This document shows, piece by piece, positions 49,388 through 59,625 of a stretch of DNA of 64,000 nt. Under the pieces are notes generated by a model that made no database searches, was not told the DNA's origin, and was given only the letters and a program-made list of their open reading frames with translations. Source of the stretch: Bdellovibrionales bacterium (GTDB lineage Bacteria; Bdellovibrionota; Bdellovibrionia; Bdellovibrionales; Bdellovibrionaceae); contig JANMPT010000039.1 of the NCBI GenBank assembly GCA_031370005.1, positions 17,761 through 81,760 on the forward strand. Reading direction: 5' to 3'. The first letter of the stretch is position 1. Every line of letters starts with the position of its first letter. The position numbers were made by a program, and so were the translations under genes.

Positions 49388-50638
49388 TCATAAATTGACA
49401 GGCATTAGGTCGACAGCAAAGCGGGCGCCGTCTTTATATTGGTAATTGATATCTCCAGAAAGGCGAACTGAATTGCTTTCGGGGTTGTATAGCCATCCAC
49501 CTTTAGTGTTTTGCGGAATTAGTTGGCCTTTGCCTGACGCAAGTTCTTCTGGGGTGCCGTAACGAACGTGTACTTGGACTTGTCGATTTTCGTTCACTGC
49601 TGGAACCTGGCTTAAGAAAATTTCTTTGGCCATGGTTCTGATTTTTATATCAGAACCAATTGTCGTGAGATCAGCACCAAAATTTTTACTGATAATGCTC
49701 ATGATATATTTATTGCGAATTTCATCCGAAGAAAAATTAGATCCTTGATTGGCCGTAACAATTAATTGCTCAATGCGTTCTGGGCCAAAGCCTTTTTTGC
49801 ATTCTCCGGTTTTTCTCTGAGGAGTTTTCTTTGTCATGTCAAAGCATTCAGGATGGTATTTAGGATGAATACGCAGTGACCAGTCCTTATATTGATCGTT
49901 GTCTTTGGCATTCACAAGCACACCGTAAACTGAAAGTTTATCGCGGCGGCCGCCTTTGAAGTCGAGCAGCCTGCGACTTACTTCATCTGTCGTAAGCGCG
50001 GCACTAGAGTCATCGGTGTCAGTTAGAAAAATGACGACGAGTTGGGCATCCGTACGAAAAAATCCATCATTGACGCCACCGTTGCCAGATTTTTCTATTG
50101 CCGCTACTAGCGGAGAGAAGAACTCTTCATCCTCTGGTCCGCCGTCAGCATATGAGGCAACTCCGATGTCAAGAGTCGAAGCCATTAGGTCTTTTTCAGT
50201 ACGGGTAATAAAACGCTTCTTGAAAGATTGATTTTTAGCGTCCTTCACAAAGCGAAGCTCGCCAATACCATACGTGTCTTTTTTTGTTTTTGCGAATCGC
50301 TCAGAGCTGTCCCAAGTGGCGACCACACCGATATGATAGTCGATCATTCTATTTTTTACGATTCCATCAGTAAATTTGTCGATATTACGGACCAAGTTCG
50401 CCTGCGCAGATTTCATACTGTCCGAGTTATCGGTCACAAATAAGATATCTACTTGCGGGTTAAAATCCAGTTGGCTCTGCCCGCCATCTTCTGTGATCCA
50501 GCCGGCTTTTTGCTCGACGACTGGTGCGTAGATTGGAGGAGTGGGTTGAACGTATGTTTTAGTCGCGGTCATAGTGGCCGTTTGAGGGCTGCACGCTGCT
50601 AAAAATGTTATTGCTATCAAAAGGGCTGTATAATTCAT
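49388..50638 (-). CDS. VWA-domain lipoprotein, CglB-like adhesin
   Basis: LAAC lipobox; VDILFVTDNSDSM MIDAS; VIFLTDTDD. Confidence 0.75.
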   Translation of the reverse strand: MNYTALLIAITFLAACSPQTATMTATKTYVQPTPPIYAPVVEQKAGWITEDGGQSQLDFNPQVDILFVTDNSDSMKSAQANLVRNIDKFTDGIVKNRMIDYHIGVVATWDSSERFAKTKKDTYGIGELRFVKDAKNQSFKKRFITRTEKDLMASTLDIGVASYADGGPEDEEFFSPLVAAIEKSGNGGVNDGFFRTDAQLVVIFLTDTDDSSAALTTDEVSRRLLDFKGGRRDKLSVYGVLVNAKDNDQYKDWSLRIHPKYHPECFDMTKKTPQRKTGECKKGFGPERIEQLIVTANQGSNFSSDEIRNKYIMSIISKNFGADLTTIGSDIKIRTMAKEIFLSQVPAVNENRQVQVHVRYGTPEELASGKGQLIPQNTKGGWLYNPESNSVRLSGDINYQYKDGARFAVDLMPVNL

Positions 50639-50646
50639 ATGAGTTC

Positions 50647-51714
50647 TCACATTTTCCTCCGGATATCTTGAGGACAAACTTTGACACGTACTTGATATTT
50701 ATCGAGTTCATCAATCCAAGGTCGGCCATCGTCAACAAATACCAGCTGGTCTGAGTTCGTGGCGTTAAATGCACTTCTTTTAAAGAGGCTTTTATCAAGC
50801 TCTACATCTGCATGAAGTCTTTGAATGGCTTCTATTTCTATGAGATTTAATTTTTGAACAATTTTAAAGTTTTCGTTGGTTTCCTCAGTGGCCAGTTGCT
50901 TGAGGCGAATTTGTAATCGAGCCGCACTTGTCGATTTCGATTTTTCAAAAGCACCTTGAAGCTTCAAAGAGCCGCCTTCGGCTTTCAAGACAGCGAGGGC
51001 TTTTTCAGATAGCTTATATCTCATTAACTGGCGTTGGAACTCGATATCTTTAAAAAACAATTGTGGTAAGTGAAGAGCATTTTCGCCGATGTCTGAAAAT
51101 CTCATTGGGAATTTGTCAGTTTCGGTTATCACTTTTTTAAAGGCCTCATTCATTCCTGTTTTTGCTAGGTTTTGAATTTCCGCTAAACGTGGTTTTTGCT
51201 TTTCTTTGAAAAGACGATCTGTTTCAAAGACCTCTTTGTAATTACAAGACTTTAATTGTGCCAAAGATTGCAAAAAGTAAGACTCGGAACCAACGTATCC
51301 TGCAAACTGAGGAGCCAAAAGAGTTTTTGCCTGAGCCAGAGAATTTTCTAATTGATTTTGACGAAAGTAAGTCCAAGCTTTCTCTTCAACGGCCTCTAAC
51401 CAGTATGGGCTGCCTTTGCCAACTTGATCATAGATTGCGCGAGCAGTATCATATTGACCTTTTGCAAAAAGTCCTCGGGCCTTTGCCATTTTTCTTTTGT
51501 CGTCGCAGTCATCACAATTAGTAAAAATATTTTTTTCAAGTTTGTCGAAATCGGTCAACTGAATAGTTTTATAGCTGTTCTTCAGTTTCAAAGAAGCCGC
51601 AAAGTCTTCGGACCATTTTTGAGTCGATAAACGATCTTCAGCACGGGCGGCCACTGCAGCTGTGCTAACAGTAAGTACTAGGGCTAGCTGTATAATGACC
51701 GACGAGGTTATCAT
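50647..51714 (-). CDS. Secreted TPR protein, GltC-like
   Basis: Signal peptide, TPR helices, C-terminal PWIDELDKYQV..C resembling GltC tails. Confidence 0.6.
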   Translation of the reverse strand: MITSSVIIQLALVLTVSTAAVAARAEDRLSTQKWSEDFAASLKLKNSYKTIQLTDFDKLEKNIFTNCDDCDDKRKMAKARGLFAKGQYDTARAIYDQVGKGSPYWLEAVEEKAWTYFRQNQLENSLAQAKTLLAPQFAGYVGSESYFLQSLAQLKSCNYKEVFETDRLFKEKQKPRLAEIQNLAKTGMNEAFKKVITETDKFPMRFSDIGENALHLPQLFFKDIEFQRQLMRYKLSEKALAVLKAEGGSLKLQGAFEKSKSTSAARLQIRLKQLATEETNENFKIVQKLNLIEIEAIQRLHADVELDKSLFKRSAFNATNSDQLVFVDDGRPWIDELDKYQVRVKVCPQDIRRKM

Positions 51715-52475
51715 AAAATCCATCCAAGACCAACTGTCGCGGCTACAGCTGCAATATCACGTGGGCCAGTTATGATCTGGTCTTTATAGGCTTGGTAGCG
51801 AACCTCTGCGCGAGCTGAAAGATGCTTTGTCATCCATAGGCCGAAACCTGCCCCGCCAGTCATGAGAGAGCTGCTCCCACTTTCAAGTTCAACTTGGCCA
51901 CCACCGGCAAGCAAGTAGATGTCAAATTGAGCAATAGCTTGGTCAAAGAAATTGATTTTTCCATAGATTGGATACCAGCTGATCACGGCTACTTTTGCAT
52001 TGAGAGGCGAGTCGATATCTACGATTGTGGCGCGGTTTCCAGCAGCATAAGCGGCACGGGCTTCATTAAAAGCGCGTTCGCCTTCTGGGGTCAGTTTGTT
52101 TTGGTAGCCGTAGTAACGAGCTCCCAGAGACCAGCGAGGTGTAAAGTGGAAATCGAGGGACGCAGCAATATTTTGAGTTTGTAGGTATGTAGTTCCACCC
52201 AAAATGCCACCATAGGAAAGACCTACTTCTAATCGGTTGTGACGATCTACAATACGATCTTGAACAATGCGAGATTTTGATTCTGGATTGAGCTTCTCCG
52301 CCATTTCCATCAAAGCATCGTTTCCACCAAGCCCATCAACATCTTTTGCGAAATCGATTTGTTTTGCTTGTGAAGAAGGGGCGATCGCTGTTTTTTTATT
52401 TGTTTTTGGTGCCGCAGCAGCGTTGATAGAAACCAGCAGAAGGGCGCTCAGGCTAAAGGCTTTCAGGTTTTTCAT
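51711..52475 (-). CDS. Outer-membrane beta-barrel protein, GltA/GltB-like
   Basis: IVQDR, WYPIYGK, FDIYLLAGGG, terminal VGLGWIL. Confidence 0.75.
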   Translation of the reverse strand: MKNLKAFSLSALLLVSINAAAAPKTNKKTAIAPSSQAKQIDFAKDVDGLGGNDALMEMAEKLNPESKSRIVQDRIVDRHNRLEVGLSYGGILGGTTYLQTQNIAASLDFHFTPRWSLGARYYGYQNKLTPEGERAFNEARAAYAAGNRATIVDIDSPLNAKVAVISWYPIYGKINFFDQAIAQFDIYLLAGGGQVELESGSSSLMTGGAGFGLWMTKHLSARAEVRYQAYKDQIITGPRDIAAVAATVGLGWIL

Positions 52476-52476
52476 A

Positions 52477-53472
52477 TTATTTACCGTCCGCTTTTGTTAT
52501 TTTAACACGAACTACTGTTGCTGGGCTTGCGTTGAAGGCGCCGAAAACTCTCATGCCCAGGCGAACTTGAGTGAAGTTCACAGCAACAATACTTCCGTCT
52601 TTTGATTTTTGGGCTTCAATAGAATTATTTTTAGTATCAAAAATAAGGTTGAATTTCCATTTGTAATCTCCGACGTATTCAACACTTGCTCGGCTAGGGT
52701 CTGCAGATACGTAGCGAGTACCATCCATGTCAAGATAGTTTGAGCCTGCAGTCTGAGTTATATTGTCCTTAAAAAGACCCAAGTATGGCTTTAACGGAGC
52801 ATTGCCATCGACGCCTGGGAACTTTGCGACAACTGAAAATGGAATCACTTGGCCTTCTTGAGCCTCTGGTGTAAGGCCGCTTAAAACCAATTCAGAGGGT
52901 TTGTCTTGGTTTCTAAAAACATTAAAAAAGATTGTTCTTTCAAGAGAAAGGCCCTTCACTGTCTCAGCTTTTATAGATGTCGCAGCGGAAACTAGGATAG
53001 GAACTAAAGTCGCTGTCATAGCTTTAGGTGGTTGTTCGTCATAGGAGATTGTATAGAGGGCCGGTGTCCAACGCAGCTCATATGTATTTGGAGTTTTTGG
53101 GGTTGAAATATCTTTAAGCTCAGCCCCTGCAGGAAGGCCTTTTGCAGTTAGTTTCATTTGAAGTTCGGGGTCTTGAACACGAAGTGTGATTTTGTAAGCG
53201 GTGGTCTGGCCTTCGTAGAAGCTCATCATTTTATCAGAGATATCGATTTTAAAGTAAGCATCAGTCAGAGTCGCTTGTTCTTTAATCACTTCTTTTTCTT
53301 TTGTAACATAAACAACTCTTTCAGGAATTACCTGAGGACCATTGGTTAGATCTTTCTTTGCATTTGCACGCATTTGTGCAAGGTCTTCAACCGGATTGTT
53401 ACCAGAGCTGCCACCACATGCGGTCATCAGGAAAAGAGGAGCTAAGAGTGTTAATCGCAAAAAGTTTTTCAT
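52477..53472 (-). CDS. Lipoprotein of unknown function in the Agl/Glt-like operon
   Basis: MTAC lipobox, beta-rich Ig-like segments. Confidence 0.65.
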   Translation of the reverse strand: MKNFLRLTLLAPLFLMTACGGSSGNNPVEDLAQMRANAKKDLTNGPQVIPERVVYVTKEKEVIKEQATLTDAYFKIDISDKMMSFYEGQTTAYKITLRVQDPELQMKLTAKGLPAGAELKDISTPKTPNTYELRWTPALYTISYDEQPPKAMTATLVPILVSAATSIKAETVKGLSLERTIFFNVFRNQDKPSELVLSGLTPEAQEGQVIPFSVVAKFPGVDGNAPLKPYLGLFKDNITQTAGSNYLDMDGTRYVSADPSRASVEYVGDYKWKFNLIFDTKNNSIEAQKSKDGSIVAVNFTQVRLGMRVFGAFNASPATVVRVKITKADGK

Positions 53473-53482
53473 ATAATACTCC

Positions 53483-54724
53483 TTATCGGCTGCTTACACG
53501 AGTGAGTTCAAACGGATACAGTACGTCGACATTGACTTTTCCAACGGGTTTAGGAAACTGCCATGTTTTCATTTTGCTTAGCATACAAGTCTCAACAAAT
53601 TTTGAACCCAAAGAAGACTGGGCAACTTTTGCTAAAGTTATTTTTCCAGAAGCACCAATGGTAAAGTCAACTGCGACGCGGCCGCCGATAGTTGGTTGCG
53701 CTTGAAGTCCTTTTTCGTAGCAATAGATGATTTGACCTTTGTTTTTATTAATAACTGCAATAATTTGATCGCGGTCCAAACCACCTTCAACAGTGGCCTC
53801 ATCATCCAAAGGTAAAGTGACCGGAGACATTCCTCCCACGATAGAGTGTTTTCCATAACCTGCGCGGCCACCGCCAGCGCCACGAGTGCCATAGCCGCCG
53901 GCGCTTTCAGCCCGACCACCTTCGCCAGCACTGCCTGCAATCAGACCATTTCCTGGCATCAGACCTTTAACGCCGCCGCGGCCGGTGCTGCCAACGCCGC
54001 CGCCGCCTTGGCCTTTGCCTGCGGAACGGATGTTTTTAAGAGAATTCATATCTAGGCCTTCAGCGCCTCTGTGACCTTTTGCAAGGCCACCAAGAGCAGC
54101 CAACGCACCAATGCGTTGAACGTTAGTTGCTTTTGCCGTTTTCACTTTACGAGGTTTCGTTAAAAGTTTTTTTCGAGCAATGGGACGATAGATTTTATTG
54201 GTGGGCTTGATTTTTTTTAATGAAACCTTCACGTGAGGAGCTGGTGCTGCCTTCACAATTTTTGGTTCAGTTTTTGGCATAACAATAGTGACTAGGGCGG
54301 GTTCTTCCGTTTGTCTTGTAAAGTATTTTGTTGAAATCCAGGAACCTAACATCAAGATAAGCACTAAAAGAATATGGCCGATCATAGTCTTTTCAAGGAT
54401 AGTTTTGAGTTCTTCTTTATCTTGCTCAGGAGCCAATTGGTGATCTGGGCTGTTGATTGCTCCGGCACTCAATATGCGCAACTGTCCCAAGCCTTTAAGT
54501 TCGAGTGGTTTGCTATCGAGATCTTTAAGGTCAAAAGTCTTTAGAAGCGTATATTCGAGTTGCTCGTCATCAAGAGTCTTCAGATTCTCGACAGCTTCAA
54601 TTCGGCGTTGGTCTATGAGATAGACAATGTTCATAGAGCGTGAATGAACAGCAAAAGTCCGGACTTTTTGGCCCAATCTGTTTTCGAGTATCAGCAGTTG
54701 TGCGGTATTTTTTGCAGCACTCAT
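53483..54724 (-). CDS. TonB-C-terminal/AgmX-PglI (GltG-like) inner-membrane protein
   Basis: TM with His (GHILLVL), Lys/Pro- and Gly-rich linker, GGLDRDQI..CYEKGL..GRV..W.FPKP..V.YPF. Confidence 0.8.
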   Translation of the reverse strand: MSAAKNTAQLLILENRLGQKVRTFAVHSRSMNIVYLIDQRRIEAVENLKTLDDEQLEYTLLKTFDLKDLDSKPLELKGLGQLRILSAGAINSPDHQLAPEQDKEELKTILEKTMIGHILLVLILMLGSWISTKYFTRQTEEPALVTIVMPKTEPKIVKAAPAPHVKVSLKKIKPTNKIYRPIARKKLLTKPRKVKTAKATNVQRIGALAALGGLAKGHRGAEGLDMNSLKNIRSAGKGQGGGGVGSTGRGGVKGLMPGNGLIAGSAGEGGRAESAGGYGTRGAGGGRAGYGKHSIVGGMSPVTLPLDDEATVEGGLDRDQIIAVINKNKGQIIYCYEKGLQAQPTIGGRVAVDFTIGASGKITLAKVAQSSLGSKFVETCMLSKMKTWQFPKPVGKVNVDVLYPFELTRVSSR

Positions 54725-54736
54725 AATTTAACGTCC

Positions 54737-55012
54737 TTAGTTTCTATGTCGTTCTTTTTGGTTTCTATCCTCAAACTGAGTTCTTCCGCCTAAAAGATCC
54801 TCTAAAAATTTATCGTTCTCTACCGTCGCGGTTGTACTGAGTGAACTCTGGTATTTACCGCGGAGGTTTGAACCATCAAACTTAAAAGAAGTTCTTAACT
54901 TCGAATTTGAGTTTGAAACCTTTTTTTTGTGAGCGGCACCTGTTGCTGCATTTCCCACGTTTATTACTAAAGTACTGAGCAATATGAGGGCCAAAGTTAT
55001 TGTAGATCTCAT
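54737..55012 (-). CDS. Small secreted protein, GltF/CglF-like
   Basis: Signal peptide; FKFDGSNLRGK..FLEDLL.GR..F; position between TPR and GltG-like genes. Confidence 0.55.
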   Translation of the reverse strand: MRSTITLALILLSTLVINVGNAATGAAHKKKVSNSNSKLRTSFKFDGSNLRGKYQSSLSTTATVENDKFLEDLLGGRTQFEDRNQKERHRN

Positions 55013-57975
55013 AGGCTTCTACCTCTTTGTATTTGATTTAGACGGGCTTCTAGATATGACGACATCAGGGGATGACCGATTTTTGTCTCTAGATTTTTCA
55101 ATTTTTCAATATCGTTAGCATTGTCAGGATTTTCTGCCACGGTTTTTCTAGCTGTCACAAGATCATTCCATGTCAAAGTTTCTTCGTTGAGTGCGTTCAA
55201 AACATTTGCGTGCATTTTGCTATTATTTGGTAATGCCGCCAAAAGCTGTAACTCATGACGTAGAAGTTTTTTAAGCTCAGGACGGACATTCGCATAATCT
55301 TTAAGTAATCGCGGAAGAGCAGACGAGCGTTCCCAGATCTCAGACTCTCTTTGTTGGGATAACTTGGCTTTCATATAGTAGGGCTTTGATTTCTGCTTCA
55401 GAATAGCTAAATACTGTTTTTGTTCAGCAGCTGTGAGTTTCGCCGGGATTGGTAACGCCACAAGGTCGCGAACCATGCGCTCGTTCTCGACTGAAACCAC
55501 GTTCAGCGCCATTAATTGGGCTGTAACATCGCTGTATTTCAAACTATTCGCCAAAGACTTATCAGCTTCTTTTAAAAGTTTTATGCGTTCCTTTATAGTT
55601 TTATTCAAGCGTGAATCCGTTGTTCCGTTCAAACTGTGTCGCGCGATGCGGGCTTTGAAGAAGCTGAGCTCGATATAAAAGTCTTGTTTTGCAATAAAGT
55701 TTGGAGCTGTCTGATGACGAAGTTGCTTCATTGCAAGAATTGGCTTCAAGGTTTTTTTATCGCCTGTGCGGGCGTAGACAAGAAGAGTGATTTCATTTAA
55801 TAAGGCAGGGTCTTTAGCTAATTCGCGAGACTGTATTTTTAATTCTTTCGCAGGGCTTGTTGATAAAAGAATTAAACGCGAGCGCGCCGAGCGAGCACTC
55901 TCGCCACTAAGGCCAGAGGCTAAAGCTGCGCGGTAATGCTTAGTAGGATTTAAGCTTGCCAAGTCTGCTAGGGTTCCAAGACGCAGCTCTTTATTTTTTG
56001 AATGCATTTTTGGAAACTTCATTTGCAAAGCCGTGGTATAGGCATTTTTGAAGTCCAACTTTTTTTCATAATAGTTCACAATTTGCCCAAGACTTTCCTC
56101 ATGACGAGTCGCCGAGACTCCGGGAAGACTCACGAGGGCTTGCAACGATTGAATGAAAAGGACATCTTCGCCGAGTCGTTGAGCAAGTACGCCTCTATTG
56201 GTATAGAAGATTATTTTCTCGGCCGATTTTGCTGAAGTCATATTGGCACTTTGCATTTGTGCCAGGGCTTTTTTTAACTCTGATGTACTTGATTTTTTTT
56301 CATTGGCGATGCGAGCGACACGATTTAACAAGGCCTTGCGAGCGATTGTTTCGTACTCAGTCTTAGCTTGGGGAAAGGCTGCGGAATACTGCCAGGCCCA
56401 GTCCTCAAGGCTATCTTCATATTTCATTTGCACAAGGCAGTCCAAAGAAAGATCTGCTGATTTTTTGCGAAGCTCAGTTGAGCCAGATTTATCCATTGCA
56501 AGCGCATAGAAGGCTTGAGCTGCGTCGCGATGGTTTTTTTGTTGATAAGATAAATATGCCATTTGGTAACGAACTTCGAAGCTTTTGCTTCCTTGTGGAG
56601 ATACGGCTAAGTAATGCTCGTAAGCTGCTTTTTGTAGAACCTGGTTTTTAGATTTTTCTGCTGCCGAGATCTCGCTAACAAGTGCGGTTTGCTGGTTTTG
56701 AGGAGTCGCGGACTTGTTGTCACTCACGGTGCGCAAGAATTGCATTGCAATGGCAGGTTTGCCCATGCTGTCTGCGACTTGTGCTCCTCGTTGCGCCATT
56801 TCTGCATCATTGGGAAAAGTTTTGCTATAAATTAAATATGAGTTCAACAAATCCGAATCAGGGTTTAATTTTTTCGCGCGATGAAGTTCCGTTACGTAGC
56901 GTTTCATGGTTTTTTCATGTTCTTGGCATTTGCTAGCGTCCTTGCAATTTTTTTGAAATTCTAGAGCTGCCTTTGCGAAATCCTGAGTCGATTTCGCAGT
57001 GTCGCCACCGTCATAGTTTACTTGTGCCAACTTCACAAAGGCCTCAAGGCGTTCTTCCTGTGTCAAGGTTGGATCTTCTAAGTAACGGTTGTAAATATCA
57101 GCAGAGGCTTTTTTCTGTCCTAGACGATCTGATTCGGAGGCAAAGTGTAGTAACAATTGTTTGCGTGATTCTTTTGGAGCAAATGCTTCGTAATTAGCGA
57201 TTTCTTTGTTTGTGATTGGGCGTCGGGCATAGAATGTTGCTAGGTCTTTTAAAATATCAGCATGAAATACTGGGTCGTGCCTTGTGCCCTCCGCGCCTTC
57301 GCGGGTAATGAGCTCTGGCTGTCGAAGAAGACCTTCCAATGTGGCAATGCCTGCGTTTAATTTATCAAGATTGAACTGAGACCAAGCCATATTGTAAATT
57401 ACAAGACCACGATCAACGAGGGTCTTACTTTTCAGCGCGATTTCGTAGTGAGCAAAGGCCTCTTTGAATTGACCCTTTTGGAAGAGCAAGTCCCCAAGGC
57501 CAGAGTGAGAGCGACTGAGGATCTCTTTAGAAATATTTTTTGCTTTGGCCTCTTTGATAATTCGCTCAAATAAGGCAATCGCTTTATCTGGTTGCCCGGC
57601 CATATCGTGCAGGTGAGCTAACTGGAAGAGAATTGGGCCGTGATCGTTGACCTTCACTTCTTTCAAGAGATTTTCATAAATAGACACAGCTTTGAGGCGG
57701 TCAGATTTAGAGCCTTTGCAAGAATCGCAATTAGATTCAACTTCTTGCATAAAGCGAAGGCGGGCACGCTCAGAGAGCAAATCTGCCAAACGCTGCTGGC
57801 TTGGCAACCACGAGCCATCATTTTTGTCCATTGCCGACAGAACGCGATCAAGTTTTTGGATGACCATGTCCTGAGTCTGAAGACTCATTTTTTCGGCCTT
57901 GGCAGCAGAGAGGTTCCCGAGGAAAGCTCCACTGAAGATCGCACTAAAAATAAGGAGGTGGTTGAAGGTTTTCAT
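55009..57975 (-). CDS. Large secreted TPR protein (GltD/AgmU-like)
   Basis: 988 aa, signal peptide, many TPR helices. Confidence 0.7.
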   Translation of the reverse strand: MKTFNHLLIFSAIFSGAFLGNLSAAKAEKMSLQTQDMVIQKLDRVLSAMDKNDGSWLPSQQRLADLLSERARLRFMQEVESNCDSCKGSKSDRLKAVSIYENLLKEVKVNDHGPILFQLAHLHDMAGQPDKAIALFERIIKEAKAKNISKEILSRSHSGLGDLLFQKGQFKEAFAHYEIALKSKTLVDRGLVIYNMAWSQFNLDKLNAGIATLEGLLRQPELITREGAEGTRHDPVFHADILKDLATFYARRPITNKEIANYEAFAPKESRKQLLLHFASESDRLGQKKASADIYNRYLEDPTLTQEERLEAFVKLAQVNYDGGDTAKSTQDFAKAALEFQKNCKDASKCQEHEKTMKRYVTELHRAKKLNPDSDLLNSYLIYSKTFPNDAEMAQRGAQVADSMGKPAIAMQFLRTVSDNKSATPQNQQTALVSEISAAEKSKNQVLQKAAYEHYLAVSPQGSKSFEVRYQMAYLSYQQKNHRDAAQAFYALAMDKSGSTELRKKSADLSLDCLVQMKYEDSLEDWAWQYSAAFPQAKTEYETIARKALLNRVARIANEKKSSTSELKKALAQMQSANMTSAKSAEKIIFYTNRGVLAQRLGEDVLFIQSLQALVSLPGVSATRHEESLGQIVNYYEKKLDFKNAYTTALQMKFPKMHSKNKELRLGTLADLASLNPTKHYRAALASGLSGESARSARSRLILLSTSPAKELKIQSRELAKDPALLNEITLLVYARTGDKKTLKPILAMKQLRHQTAPNFIAKQDFYIELSFFKARIARHSLNGTTDSRLNKTIKERIKLLKEADKSLANSLKYSDVTAQLMALNVVSVENERMVRDLVALPIPAKLTAAEQKQYLAILKQKSKPYYMKAKLSQQRESEIWERSSALPRLLKDYANVRPELKKLLRHELQLLAALPNNSKMHANVLNALNEETLTWNDLVTARKTVAENPDNANDIEKLKNLETKIGHPLMSSYLEARLNQIQRGRSL

Positions 57976-58454
57976 CTTGTTGGAATCACCGCAAAGCGAA
58001 GTTTCTCGATACCGGCCTCAGAGCCTGCTCGCAAGAGAGGATCGAGGTCAGCGTATTCCATTTTTGTATCGGCTTGAACCATGAGCTCTACAGCTTCTGT
58101 GGTTTTCTTTCTAAGCTCTGAAAGTTTTGAGCTTAATGAGCCGCGTGCTATGGGTTTTTCATCGAGGAAGTAATTCCCGTTCTCGATTCTGAGAGTTGCC
58201 ACGGACTTTTCAAGGCTTTGTCCGTGTTCCGCATTTGGAAGATTGATTTTACCTGGAAGTTGACTTTCAACTCCTGTGGTCTGCGTTCCAATCAGCAGGT
58301 AAATAACGATGATGCAGAAAGCATCGATCAAAGAAGTCAAAGGCAAGGCAAGCGCGAGTTGTTTCGTATGCGTTGCAGGCCTCTCACTCTTTTTTAAAGA
58401 CATTGCTTGTAAGAGCGGGGAACGTCGTTGTGAAATAAAAGCAGCCATTTTCAT
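57972..58454 (-). CDS. ExbD/TolR-family protein (AglS-like)
   Basis: LTSLIDAFCIIVIYLL TM Asp motif; VQAD. Confidence 0.85.
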   Translation of the reverse strand: MKMAAFISQRRSPLLQAMSLKKSERPATHTKQLALALPLTSLIDAFCIIVIYLLIGTQTTGVESQLPGKINLPNAEHGQSLEKSVATLRIENGNYFLDEKPIARGSLSSKLSELRKKTTEAVELMVQADTKMEYADLDPLLRAGSEAGIEKLRFAVIPTR

Positions 58455-58460
58455 AAGATC

Positions 58461-58904
58461 CTACCCAAGAGGGGACAAGCCCACTCCATCGAATTGGTTT
58501 TTCTTCAGCTGATCCATAATACGAATTATATCTCCGTAAGAAGCGCGTGCCTCGGGTCGCACGATGCTGGTTTTTAGATTCGGCCACTTGTTGCGTAGGT
58601 TTTGAATCTTTGCATCCAAAGTTGTCCAGTTCACTCCAGTCGTGGTTTTTGCAACATGATCCTCTAAATTTTTAGTCTGAGGAATATCACGTAAAGAGAG
58701 CTGCACGGTGCCGTCCTTTTGCAGGGTAATCCACAGTGAGGGAGGGTTTTTAGCACCCGCTGTAGAGTTGTCCCCGATGGCCTGTTTTGTATTGATCGTG
58801 CCAAGTTGCAGCCACACTGCGGTCAGCAAGAGGAAGCAAATTAGAACTGAGAGAATATCCAGAACTGGTAGAATATTTAGTTCGAAATTAAGTTCCTTTT
58901 TCAT
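58461..58904 (-). CDS. ExbD/TolR-family protein (AglQ-like)
   Basis: LNILPVLDILSVLICFLL TM Asp motif; YGDIIRIMD. Confidence 0.85.
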   Translation of the reverse strand: MKKELNFELNILPVLDILSVLICFLLLTAVWLQLGTINTKQAIGDNSTAGAKNPPSLWITLQKDGTVQLSLRDIPQTKNLEDHVAKTTTGVNWTTLDAKIQNLRNKWPNLKTSIVRPEARASYGDIIRIMDQLKKNQFDGVGLSPLG

Positions 58905-58910
58905 ATACGT

Positions 58911-59588
58911 CTAGTTCCCTTTAGATTTCTTGTCGCCAACAGGTGAGTAGTGGAAGCCAAGCTGAATAAAGAGATTCAAAGCTGCTTTATTTAAATCATC
59001 TGTTAATCGAGAAGCGCGATTTTGCAAAACAGCGTACATGATTAATGCGGGGACGGCCACGATCAGGCCATAAGCCGTGGTGTTCATCGCCAGCGAGATT
59101 CCTTTTGAAAGTATGGTCGCTTTTTCCGCTGCATTGGCATTGGAGATGCCGGCAAAAGAGTGGATAAGACCAGTGATGGTTCCTAAAAGACCGAGCAAAG
59201 TTGCCACGTTGGCAAACATCGCGAGGAAACCAATGCGTTTTTCAACACGGCCAGTTTCTTCAAGCAGAACTTCATCCATCTTTAATTGGATCTCTTCCTT
59301 ACCACCCATATCAATAGCGGCTTGGATTCCAGCGGCAGCGACAACTCCAAGTGGATCCTTTGTGCCTATTTGCTGAGACCGGCGAAGTGCCTTCTCAAGA
59401 TTTCCAGCACGAATATCTTCGGCAATCACCTTTGAGAGAGACTTCTGGTTGTCTTTACGCTTCACAAAAAGTGCAATTGCCCTTTCAATGATGATAGCCA
59501 TAGAGACAATCTGAGCGCTCAAGATAGCCCACATCCAGATTGAGTCAGTTGAAGTAAACGCACGTCCTAATGATAAAAAGAATTCCAT
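58911..59588 (-). CDS. MotA/TolQ/ExbB-family protein (AglR-like)
   Basis: ATLLGLLGTITGLI, GISLAMNTTAYGL.VAVP; GGAGG RBS. Confidence 0.9.
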   Translation of the reverse strand: MEFFLSLGRAFTSTDSIWMWAILSAQIVSMAIIIERAIALFVKRKDNQKSLSKVIAEDIRAGNLEKALRRSQQIGTKDPLGVVAAAGIQAAIDMGGKEEIQLKMDEVLLEETGRVEKRIGFLAMFANVATLLGLLGTITGLIHSFAGISNANAAEKATILSKGISLAMNTTAYGLIVAVPALIMYAVLQNRASRLTDDLNKAALNLFIQLGFHYSPVGDKKSKGN

Positions 59589-59625
59589 TGTAATCCTCCG
59601 TTAAGTTCCACAACGCTGTGCTTGA

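Noticed and set aside
53860..54020. GC-rich GCC/CCG repetitive tract
   Set aside because: Encodes the Gly-rich linker of the GltG-like protein and is not a DNA repeat element
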